DNA from: Tubiluchus corallicola
Lineage: Eukaryota > Animalia > Priapulida
Direction of reading: 5' to 3'
Assembly (NCBI GenBank): GCA_030141605.1
Contig: JAQGDQ010000035.1
Location: 186,001-250,000 of the forward strand
Length of the DNA stretch: 64,000 bases
Below are positions 42,058-54,300 of this stretch, one piece after another. The first letter of the stretch is position 1; every line of letters begins with the position of its first letter. A program made the position numbers and the translations under genes. The notes beneath the pieces are model-generated. The model searched no databases and was not told the DNA's origin. It saw nothing but the letters and a program-made list of their open reading frames with translations.

Positions 42058-45000
42058 TTAGCCAAAATCTTTGTTAATATTTCCTCCTATAAAATATTTT
42101 CTATTTTATATGCTCTTATGGGCTGCTAAAATAATATATAAACGTAGTTTTCTAAGAAATGAAAACAAAAAATCGGTTAAAGCAATCAGATGATGCCATC
42201 CGTATGTATATAATGTAGATGGTTGACAATCTCACATCCAGTAATAATTAATTAGCGTTTGCGTAAATTATATACATTCCCCCATGCATAAGCTGAAGTG
42301 GCGCTTTGATTGTTAACTGGTAATTTCGTCACATTCTGACGTTTGCTGCTGCTATTTTGATGATAGGGGTCAAGCTGACAGCAATTAATGAGAGCCATAT
42401 CAATATAAGCGTACCTAATGCGTCCTTAGCCCACACCTGGTTTACTTAATTAAGCTTTTATTGTACACGCAGTTTTGTTTTTGTAAATGATTCTGCAAAT
42501 TTATTGTGCTTATTTGTGTACAATGTATGTTTAAAATACATGTCATTGGGAGTAACCCAATGTTGATTACATCAAAGTTTTGAAAATTATGCACACCATC
42601 CATACCTACATCAATAACTCGCATCCATTTTCTCATTTCTGTGTTCATCATTATTTTTCTTTAAATTATTTTTTCTGTATGCCATTTATTAAGTTAACAC
42701 TTTCTCTTTACTAAGTTAACAAGTTCTCTTATAGTGTTGACTTGATGTGTGCTGGCGATTTATAAATTTTGCATGATACATATTGTTCTGTTTGTTCTTG
42801 AACACATTGGCATTGTATATAATGAATCTAATCTAACCTAAATATAATCTAAAGTTCAAAAAGTTGAGTTCTAACAATGAATTATGATAACCTATACCGC
42901 ACATATTTTTATTATCTAAAACATTTCAGGTACTAACACTTTAAAGTTCGTACACGTAACAAATAGCTGACTGATCACGTGACTTGTAACAATATCAACT
43001 AGACATTGTAAAAAAATCGACAAAAGTATAGTTGAGAGGGAGCGAAGTGGAGCTTGATAAAAAAAACTGTAAGTTGTCTGAGACCTTTACGCTCCATAGA
43101 CATATACTCGTACATAAATATACATCTTCAAATATTGCAGATTCACTTGATTTTTTCAACCACACCACTGATAACAGCACACAATAGTGCAGATTTGAAA
43201 TCATCTTTCAAAAACCTGGATGTCTCAAATGGGCAAAAACAGTCAATAAATTTTTGAACAGCCACTGATTTAACTTTATCTTAACTTCCTTTTACAAAAA
43301 TCATCCTAAACTTTTAAAATGATTCTAGATTTTTATACTAGAATTAATAAAATGATGCTAAATGTTATCGTAAATTTATAAAATGATCCTATAGTTCGGT
43401 GTATTTGCCCGTTAACCTATTTTATACTTCTAGCCATTTTATAAAGATTTTATCTGCGTTTACAATGTGATATTTATTTGGCATATCAACGTTTAGTTCC
43501 GAAAACGTTCTGCAGAATTCAATCTTGATGATACAAGTATATTTATTCCTAAAACGTAATTATGCACTCATTATTCTGCTCGTGCGTTTTTAGCCTAAAA
43601 GTATCGTTTGTTTTTTTTAAAATACATTATTTGTTCACTTTGCCAACACACTCGTTTATAAAAATCATGCCTACTCACATGAAATATTATATCACAGGGA
43701 TTGTATCAATCGTCCAAGGACATTCGCAGTCCACCTTCTGCCTCGAAACAGTACGTTCTTTTCTATTCTCAACAATGAAGTATCTTTCAAAATTAGTGAT
43801 GTTTTATTGAGGTCTTTTGTGCCAAATTTATCCTTATGAGCAATCTACCTCCTCTTGGCTTCTTTAATAGTTCAATTGATTTCCGTTAAAGCTTTAATAA
43901 CCAGATAGTCTTCCGGTAATTGCATATGTAAGAAGTATTTTACTGAGTTACATTATGTATCTGTGAAGTTTACAATTGTAAAACATGATTTGACTTGGGC
44001 TTTACAATAAATTGTCCCCAAAACGTTATCCTTTTTCAATTAATAACGTATTTTGCTAATTAAATACTTACAGGCTGTCTGTCTGTCTACAGTGTTCAGT
44101 CACATTAAGGCTTAAGGGTACATCGTACATCATAATTAGTGTCAAGGGAGGCACACGATCCTGCTCCCCTGCATACAGGACAAATTTAAACATTTATGGG
44201 TGTGTGATAATGTATTCTGAGCAAGGAGAAATATCATTCGTTTTTTTCTTCTCTTAAAATTGTTATTATTATAAAATCATTATGCATGATTTTTCAGTCT
44301 TTTTCTCGCTTTTTTCGTTTCCTTCCTGTTTTCTCTATATACTTATATAGAGACTATGCATCGTGCGTTCTTTAATTCAGTTATATCGCACATACGTAGT
44401 GCAGCCTATAGCTGATAGTTCTTGCAAAAGCATAGTTGACAATAGAATTTACTATGTTGATGATTGTATCTGTTTTATGTCATTAAGTTAAACGCATTGC
44501 ACATACGTGTGGTACATAAAAAATCTGTAAATCTTAACTAACGCAAACAGTGTCTACATACATGAAATTTTTAATCACTCCAGTTTCGCTGTTAATATTA
44601 CAGTATTATGCTCTATGTTAAGGGAAAGTGAAATGCGCATTAACAAACGTTTACGTGTGACATATTATTTGATTTACAAATTACTGTTAAATATGAAGTA
44701 AAATGAATTTGCTAAAGTTCAGTGTAGCCAAATTTTGGAGACACACAATTTGTAAATTATGTAACATGATTATAAATATTTATTGAATGTTACTACTAAC
44801 TTTATATTTGATTTGACCGCTTCCTGTAAAAAAATAGCAAACATGAGGAATGTAAGCATACTCGGCTGAATAAAACTGTCCGCCTTACATTATTTATATT
44901 GTGTGCAGTATAGTAAATAGCTGTACGTTCATGCATGAAATCTTTCAATCACCTATCAACTTCATGTTGTTTTTAATCATCACTGAATATTGCACTTAAT

Positions 45001-46912
45001 TATATTATTATTGCATGACTTGTTTAGTTTGCAAACAGTGAAAAATTACTTTCTTACTTACTTACTTACTACTTACTTATTTACTTACTTATTTACTTGC
45101 TTACTTACTTAGTTAGTTATTCACTGCCTTGTTTATTTACTTACGTTTCTTTCCCTGAATTAACGTTACACAGAATAGTAATTATAAATTTTACCAGTAG
45201 CTTACCAATCACCAGTCAGTCCCACTATGAAATCAATCAAGTAATTAAACGCTTGATTGTCTGGTGTTTTCAAAATACTAATCATTTTAGAATTCACAAA
45301 GAAGAGGGAGGGGTTCACGCAGCCTCTTTTACGTTGATGCTCAATGCGTGTTTTTACAGTTTCAGACATAAAATGCTGGACTCAGTGTTAAATACACACG
45401 CAAATTTGCAGCTTAGGGTTTTAGCATTTTCAGTGTGAAACCTCATAAATCTATGCATGCATCCTGCAGTCGGCTCCCCGCCGTCTCATTAAGCGCAGGC
45501 GGAAGGTGTCGTAAGTTAATTGCTGCCCAACTACCGTTATCTTGCATAAAACTAACCAAATCATTGTTTGTGGCCGCTCAGTTTGTTTACTTTACTGCAA
45601 TAATCTAATTATGATCCGGGAGTAATATTAGAAGCGCACGTTTGAAGGTGTGAGAAAGCTGTGGTACCTGGAATAGGATGAGATCATTAGCAAAGCTGTC
45701 ACGTGCCACATGTATTATAAACGTTTGTCATTATTTATATGGAGAGGAATATGCATGAGTAGTTATCTCAACCGATGACTTGCATAAGATCATGGATACC
45801 GACATTAGATTTGAACTACAGTGTTTTACCCACATAAACCTATGAATTTTTAGCAACGCTTGAGAGCTAAAGAGAACTTTATAAGTTTGTACACAAATAC
45901 AACTAAAAACGGTAATTCGCACTAGAATCCCCTAGAACTATAATTTGTTTTGCACGCAAGTAAGTCAGTCAGTAAAGTGAGTGAGTGAGAGAGAGAGAGA
46001 GAGAGTGAGTGAGTGAGTAAGTAAATAAGTAACTATGTAGGTAAGTAAGTAAATAAAAGTAAGAAGGAAACAAAGAATCAAGCAAGGCAACAAAAAGCAA
46101 AAAAGCAATAAAGCAACCAGGCAAGTACTCCTTTCTACATTCTTTTCAGAAAACAATTCATTAAAGTAGATGGATAAAATGCACTCGTAATTTAGTCGTA
46201 AACAAAGTAATCGGCATCACAAAAATGGCCTATTTTTTCTAAGAAAATTAAAACATTTTCAAACTGTAGCTTATACCGCATAAACAAATGAAATTATTAT
46301 TTTGCAACCATGTATGATATTATTGCTGCATAGTGTGTTGTAAAACGCGCTGCTTCCGTAACACAGTCCACCAATAAACTCATAAGACTGTTGATCAAAA
46401 TGTATACACTTAGACCTATGTAATAAATTACATATATGTACTTACAATTGTACATATAATAAACATAGATACCGATTTTTATGCAATTATTATAGGTGTA
46501 AATCGATATTTTTAAAGAATTGATTTTAGCCGTAAGTTGGCAATATACCAGGCAGCAAGTCTGTGTAACAAGAAGTATGAAGTATTGACTGTTTCATCTG
46601 ACAACAAGAAGATACTGTGTAATATACAACCAGGCTAAATCAGGCTTTATGGTTATAGCAGATAGCTGTTTGACGCTTCTGTGTTTATAGGCAAGCTTTA
46701 TTATGCGACTCTGTCATTCCAAATAAAATTTGTACTAATTTCACGCCTAGGAGAAAATTCACACAGGATGCTCGAACTCCCCCTCGCCCGTTTTCCCCCA
46801 GCTATGATATTACAATTTTCTCGATCTCTACTTCAATTCATTCTATCTTAATTGAAAATAATTTGAAAATAGTGGTCTTCTGAGTTTGTTTAGTGGTGCC
46901 ATGCTCATAACC

Positions 46913-47119
46913 GTAAAGAAGACAGCGCCCATTAAGTCTCAAAAAACTTATTTTTTATAAGAGCTTTCATCCTTCGCGGACTTCGTCAGCTGAAATCTAC
47001 TTATTATCCTTTCAAGTCTAGGCCATACAAGTAGATTTCAGCTGACGAAGTCCTTGAAGCACGAAAACTCCTGTAAATAATAAAATTTCTGGGCTTAATG
47101 GGCACTTTGTCTTCTTTAC
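46913..47119. mobile_element. Inverted pair of Penelope-type pLTR fragments with minimal hammerhead motifs
   Basis: ~200-bp palindrome with a 25-bp perfect core; each arm has CTGACGA-stem II-GAAA-NCTC. Confidence 0.7.
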
Positions 47120-47356
47120 TATCTTTATAGTATTTATTGTATCAACGCTTTTTAAAACTCGTTGAAAAGCTTCTACATTTTTCATACTGAATTTTGAGGA
47201 TTTTTTGAGGATTTATTTCCTTGCTGTCATCCATGGCACACAATGGTAGGCACAACCTTCATATTGATTATAGCTATAAAATTTTACGGTTACCTTTTTA
47301 CTCTTGTATTTTATTCTTTGTGCCTAATAAATAATAAAATAATAATAAGAAGAATA

Positions 47357-47647
47357 AGAATTATGCTATGTAAATAATTGAATAAACCACACCTGTTGCA
47401 GTAAATCTGGTGTACTTTTCGTTTAGATTTGTTCAATACTTCGACATTACGTCCTACAGCCAAAAATTACAATATGCGCTATCTGATTCAAGCGTCAATT
47501 TCTGAATCTAGATAGTGCCTATTGTATTTTTGGCTATATATCTTGAAGAGTACGTAATGTAGAAATACTGAACTAATTTAAACAAAAAGTACATCAGATT
47601 TACTACAACAAGTGTGGTTTATTTACTTATTTACATAGTATAATTCT
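47357..47647. repeat. ~290-bp fold-back inverted repeat
   Basis: Arms pair along nearly the full length (taaaccacacctgttgcagtaaatctggtgtacttt / aaagtacatcagatttactacaacaagtgtggttta). Confidence 0.85.
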
Positions 47648-48077
47648 ATATTTATTGTATCTTCATTGTAATATCGAATCTCGTGTTTGCTAAATTACCG
47701 AGGTAGTCCTTTTCAGATTTTAGGAAGCATCAAAAACGTACTTAATAATTATGCTCTAATAATTCTTAACTACTTTTTATTAAAATAGCATGTAAGGTTG
47801 ATTTTTTTTAATTAGTGGTCTACTTTTTATCGAAATAAAAAAAATTGAATTGAGTTGGGCAAACAGGATTTTCTTTGAAAGTTCACCTTTCTGTTTTTAG
47901 ATTATGCTTCATTGTTCCCTAACTACGTACGGAAGTGGTGCTAGCGTAGCAGTGTCTAGTTTTTTTTTGCTGGATTACTGCTGCGTTTACCTGTCTGAAG
48001 GAAGATTTCTTTTATTTTAGAATTCTGCCTGCCCAATGCCTACAATAGACGTGACGGGCGTATGATGAACTACGTAC

Positions 48078-48640
48078 AATTCAATTCAATTCAATTAAAC
48101 TCAACTTTATTTTCTCAACATCAGTTGAAAAGTATATGGTATATGACAATTTCAACGTAACTGAGAAGGAGCATGTTGAATTTGTACAGTAGTTCTGTAT
48201 ATTATTGTCTTTACTTTGTCTGACAGTTTCAGATTTTTTATTGTTGTATTGCACATAAATTTATTCTTCATTTTGTTGATTTGGTTGTTATTTTTCTTAC
48301 GTTGATTCACTGTGACAATTATTAAGTCAAAATTCATTCACATTATATTATCAGTCTTTAAGGACAGTTCTTATTACAGCATTTTGTCCTGTCGGCTTTA
48401 TTCTATAATGAAGCATCAATGTATGGGATACAAGGTACACCCATGCAGTTACACAGGTGAGAGAATGCATCAAAGCGTTTTGCCGACATCTACCTAGATA
48501 CATGAACACAAATATAATCTGAGCTTCAATATATCAGTCGATAATGCGAGGATAATGACAGGTTTGGCATCGGTGTTTGTTTGTTGATCAGTGTAAAGAA
48601 ATTAATCAGATATCACACCATGTTTAATTTTCAACATAAA
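48078..48640 (-). mobile_element. L2/CR1-like LINE 3' end with (TTGAA)n tail
   Basis: caattcaattcaattcaatt...actttatt terminus followed by degenerate coding-like sequence. Confidence 0.45.
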
Positions 48641-49347
48641 CCTCTAGTACGTAGATAATGGAAATAGACCAATAATTTTATAGGTCTTTAGACATTTTTT
48701 GTACCGGTGATATGAAACTACGCATAAATACAACTCAGATGTGCTAAACTAACGTTTAAGAAAATATCTACAAAGTATTTAGATATAATATACCAAACGT
48801 TTAAGTTTATTGTGTTACACTGTGTTATATTATATTGTATTGAATTATATTGTCTTGTATTGTTTTGTATTCATCAATGAACTTATTATTATAATCACCA
48901 CGACATATACAACATGACCACCTCGCATCACAGCCAAAACATGTGAGGCACTATTATATCCTTGCCATGACATAAAAATATTTTTTTCAGTTGTCATTTT
49001 GTACTTGTCATAAAAATATAAACCCATGTGAAAAGCAAAAGTAAAAGAAAAGCAAGTGTTCGCCAAAAGTGAAGTACAGAAATTAAAGGTGGAAGACTGC
49101 GTAATTTTTTATAGTCAGGGTTTTGCAACTGTTACAAAATTTTGTTACTAGTAAGTACATTTGACCTGACTGATTTTTCCAGTACACATGCTACGCATGC
49201 TGCAGTCACAATGGGTATAAAGGATACACCAGCTTAACTTTCATTAACCAATAGTGGATGAGGAACTAATTTCTAGGCATTATTGAAGAAATACATCTCT
49301 AGGACACACTGCAAAGACATCCCTGGATAAAATGGCAGCAATAAGAG

Positions 49348-49798
49348 CAGGGCCGGATTATGACCTTTTGAGGCCTCTGTGTTAATGAAATTATGCGCCC
49401 TCTCAGACGGAGCCACCCTCTAACTCGCCCACAAGATGAGCAAGATGATAAACAAACATGGAGAGAGGCCCCATAATTTACAAATAGGGGTCGAAACTGT
49501 GGCCTCTTATCTCAAATAATAGGCATTAAATACGGGCTTTTTATCTCAAACAAGGGGTCATAAACAAGAGAAACTTTTTTAAATTTGGTTTTCAGACTCC
49601 CAGTCCTCCTTTTTCAAAGTTGAAAATATATTTTAAGTAAAGTGAATTATTCAGCAATGCCAAACATAAAAATAATACACTCAATCTTCAAAAAAAAATA
49701 CTTGAAAATAATTTACCATAGCAAACCAAATTTGGGGCTCCGGAGCTTGAGGGACCTAGGCTGCAGCCTATACTAGTCTATAGGGTAATCCGGCAGTG
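49348..49798. mobile_element. hAT-type MITE, longer copy
   Basis: TIRs cagggccggatta / taatccggcagtg; degenerate 8-bp TSD aataagag / aaacagag; homologous to 18007-18193. Confidence 0.8.
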
Positions 49799-50974
49799 AA
49801 ACAGAGCATTTTCACACGTCGCCAGCCCGTGTTACCCTAATTACCCTGGACACGTGTTACCAACAGCTTTTTACTCTGATGAATTTAGGGCCCAAATTTG
49901 ACGATAAAATATATGGCTATTTTAGGATAGGTCTGTGTAGGTAATAGCCAAACACCTTTATCTGAAGCCGTAATGTCATACTGCGATAAATGTTGGTTTA
50001 TGACGATCAGTGTTTGGTCATAACTTGTTTTACGAGCGCTGCTTGTAATATAGGGGAAGCAACAAAGGGGGTAGCAACGCATGCTTGGATGTCACTTAGA
50101 ACAAAAGTTAATGCTAATGACACCAGATTGTATCATCCTGTTGCTACAAATATAGAAAATTTGACTGATGACAGCTGATTATGAATTACTTTCCTCGAAA
50201 TGCGTCGCTTAACATTTTTAAGTACTGTATGTTAGCCTAAGTATTGGAATATAAAAAGTATCGTTTATGGTGTGTAGGCTTTATGACAATATTATTTTAT
50301 AAACATTAATTTTAACATATAAATATAAGACATTTATTGACGCTTCGACACATCGGGTGTCATTTTCAAAATTGTTCTCAGCAAAGTTCTATAGAACAGT
50401 ATTACAATAATGTATTATAAAAGAATTTCAAAAAATGCACAATCGTAACATTGTTTATAAATTTTTTTAAACAATACCGAAAATGATATGCGATGTGACG
50501 AAAGGTAAATAAAATGTTTTATATTAGTATATTAAAGTTAATCTTTTTTATATTATCCAAGTTTTGTACAATTTTTTTAAGGCGGTGTGATAACACTAAG
50601 ATGAATATCACTCTCTTACCAATTAAGTACTTAAGTTTCTACCTGTTTTTATACACTATTTTATTGACAAAGCAAAGCTTCGTCGAGAGTGTTTAAATTC
50701 TAATTAGACTAATTACCCCCGCTGTTTTATACAGTCAAATTATAGCCGCACGAAGTCAGTTAAAAATTTCTAATTTGGCGGATAAAGAGCAATTCGGCAC
50801 GCGTAACGCTAGTGTTTTTTTCACTACGTAAGATGCTATAATTGTTAGTTTTTGATAATCTTTAATAGATATCAGCGATGTGTAAAAAGTGGGCAGGGCT
50901 TACATTTAATTGTCCGCTAATCAAATGAGTGTCGAGAGTGAAAGAATAAATTTTCAGTTAGGAGATTTGGTATA

Positions 50975-51385
50975 AATGAATGAATGAACGAATGAATGAG
51001 TGAATAAATGGATGGATGGATGGATTAATTAATAAATGGACGAATAAATGAATAAATGAATGAGTGGGCAATTGACTGACTTACTGACTAACTGACTGAC
51101 TGATTGACTGACTGACTGGCTGACTAGCTGAATGAATGAAGGAACGAAGGAAGGAATGATTGAGTAAATGAATGAATGAATGAATGAATGAATGGATGGA
51201 TGGATGGATGGATGGATGGATGGATGGATGGATGGATGGATGGATGGATGGATGGATGGATGGATGGATGGATGGATAAATGAATTCATAAATGAATGAA
51301 TGATTGGGTGAATAGAACGCATGGAATACATGAGTGAATCAATAAATGAATGAATGAATAAACGAGCAAATGAACTAAATAAATG
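50975..51385. repeat. Compound tetranucleotide repeat (TGAA/TGGA/TGAC)
   Basis: Direct observation. Confidence 0.95.
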
Positions 51386-54300
51386 AAAAAAACGCAAGCG
51401 AATGCAGGGCGGAAAATATAATAAACGCAAGCGACAATTAATGAAATATTTATAGAAATGATTTTATATATTTATATTTATTTGTACATACCCTGGAGTC
51501 ATTTCTTAATAGAAATCAGCCATGGAGGAACAGTGAAAAATCATCAGGAAATAGTAGCCGCTTGAGCCACAATTGGATGGCAATTAATCTTAATTCTGCA
51601 GTGCGGAAACAGAGTTCAGGAAGACATCAGTGCTAGCAGCTGATTCTGAATCCGAGGCTTGCTCAACAATCAGCTGATTCTGAATCTCAGACTTGCTCAG
51701 TCTGTTCTCATCATAATATTTAACTGATAGGGAAAACTACAAATTTATAAAATTATAATTATAAAACTACAAGAATATAATAATATCTGTTAAACGTTGA
51801 TACAAAGCAGCAGTTATTATATGGACTAACACGAACGTATTGAATACTAATTTTTTTCGTACAAATTATCCTAAGCAAGCCCAATGGTCATGCATGAAAT
51901 GCACTATAGTAGAAAAGGGAAGATATGAGTACCTGTCCAGAAATACAGATTTCGTATAACTGTTTTGCTAGCAGGTAACAGTTGCTGTTTCGTTTTGTGC
52001 AGGCAACAATTCTGTTCCTCTGCAATAGTACAATTTTGAATGATTTTATTGAATCGATTGAGGCGGTTGTTTTCAGAGAAGCAATTTTCTGGTAAAAATT
52101 CTATATGCTATGTAAGACGCCTGAGAAAAACTAGATTATATATTGAGGGCATCTGCATACTATGTAGGTGCTCGAACATTTCTGTTTATTGCATTTTTGA
52201 TACGGGATTTTGTCAACTGAGCAATTAGTTGGTGATTGCGTGAAATTAAAAAGAATGGTGCAACTAATAAAGGTCGTCATTATCGGTAATAAAGTTTTTC
52301 TTATTAAACGAAACCTTCACGTATACCAGAGAACGTAATATCCGCTACACTTAAACTACTACTATTGCAATAATTTTGACAATGAGAACTCGTATAAAAG
52401 CTAGTCGAAATTAATTTTTCTGTCTATTAAAGGATAATTTAGGTGCAATGGGATAGCATTTTGCTAATAACTAAGTATTAGCTTACTTAAAGTAAAATAG
52501 CCGTGAGACAATATACTCATAACTACTGACAATACTGTTACTGTTATACTGTTAATTTTATCAGTTGAACGCGTAGTTGCATTACTCTCACACGGCTTTC
52601 TCCTTAATTTACACCACACACGGCCCATAATAATTAAGTAATTAGTAATTAAATGTCTATACTTGCTACTGCATTAATAAATTTTGATGCCAAATCTTAA
52701 GCTTAGTTATCAGTTGTAATTTAAGAAGTGAATTACGCGTGTGTGAATGAATAAAAACGGAATGAAAGAACGAATGAACAAACGAACAAATAAATGAAAG
52801 AAAGAGTGCTGGAATGAAGTGGCCCTAAGTAATGAATTAAATAGGTAAATAAGTAATCATGTGAATAAGTAAACGGACAAGTAAAACAAAGAAACAAGGT
52901 ATACGCAAGCAAGCAAACAAACAAACAAAGAAACGTACATACACACTAAAAGACAGAGTGATACTAATAAATAAATAAATAAATAAATAAAAAAATAATT
53001 TTTTTAAAAATGTAAACACTGAACAGATTTGAAATTTTGTTCACTTTTCTATTCTGTGTTATATTAGTGCAATTGTGGTTATTATTTTTTATACTTGGGC
53101 AAATTAACGTTAGCAGCTCTACGTATTATTCTATATGCGAATGATATTAAGTTTCAAAATTTTCTTTAAAGTTAATCATATAAATACTAAAATTATTCTA
53201 CGACTAACAGTGAAAAAACAGAAATTTAAAGACAAGCTTGTTTTATGAGTATAAGGTTTCAGTCTGTTTGGGCTGCATTGCGTGGTTGTATGACATCACA
53301 GAAACGGTCTTTGTCGTGGAGGGGGGAGGGCATAATGATTGTAATTGAGCGTGCCGCAAACCTCTCTTGTATTTAAACAGATTTCTTGTGTCATCAATGC
53401 TGTTTATAACCCCGGGGTATTGTGCGCAAGAGAGCTATTACGCCCGTTAAATACCCCTTAATCTATGATTTTCCCCATTCACGGGGGAAAACCGTAAGCC
53501 AATATTTCACGCCACAGAAAGCGAAGAAACCACTGCCGGGGCGGTTCCACGACGGAGAATTTCTCTGCGATTGCGTTATTGTTTGCTTCTGCGTTTGACA
53601 AAACCAGAAAAACGTTCAAAAATGATGACTAAAGGAAAACTGAAAGGAAATATCGAAGTCTAAGTCAGAAAAGCTGAACTACTGCATGTGACGCCTATTT
53701 CTCAGCATGAAAATGAAACTGTCTGGTAATTACCCTGCAAATGCTAAATTATTCAAGGTTTTTCTAGGGACTTTACACGACACGTTACAATGTTTCAAGA
53801 AGGGAATATGCGATCGTTTTAAGCAGGTTATAAATTCACCAGAGTTTCGCAAAACATGGACGCCCAGTAGAGTTCACCTCAGTAATGGGTTTTGAAATTT
53901 TCATTAAATCTAAGCCTCGATTCGATTTTAGTTGGTTAAATACATCATTCATTGACTACAATCAACCCTATGCCATTAGAAAACATTGCAGTATAAAGAA
54001 TCTAAATTTTGAATTGTAATTGATTTTAATGTTATTTCAGTCATTTTTTGTTATACTTGCGATATTTTAGACAGGTCTGCGTACTGCATGTCATACTTTA
54101 GCAGGGCTTCCTTATCGTGGTGCTGATTATGGCAAGACCGGAACCTAATTCATTATTAAGGATAATATTCTAACTTTCTAAGATGAAATGTTGAATAGGA
54201 ACAGATAAACGATTGCGGTTATACAAATTTATTTATTTGTTTATTTATCTGTTTGTCCTTATTGTTTATTTATTTACGTTATCTTATATTTATTTATCTT

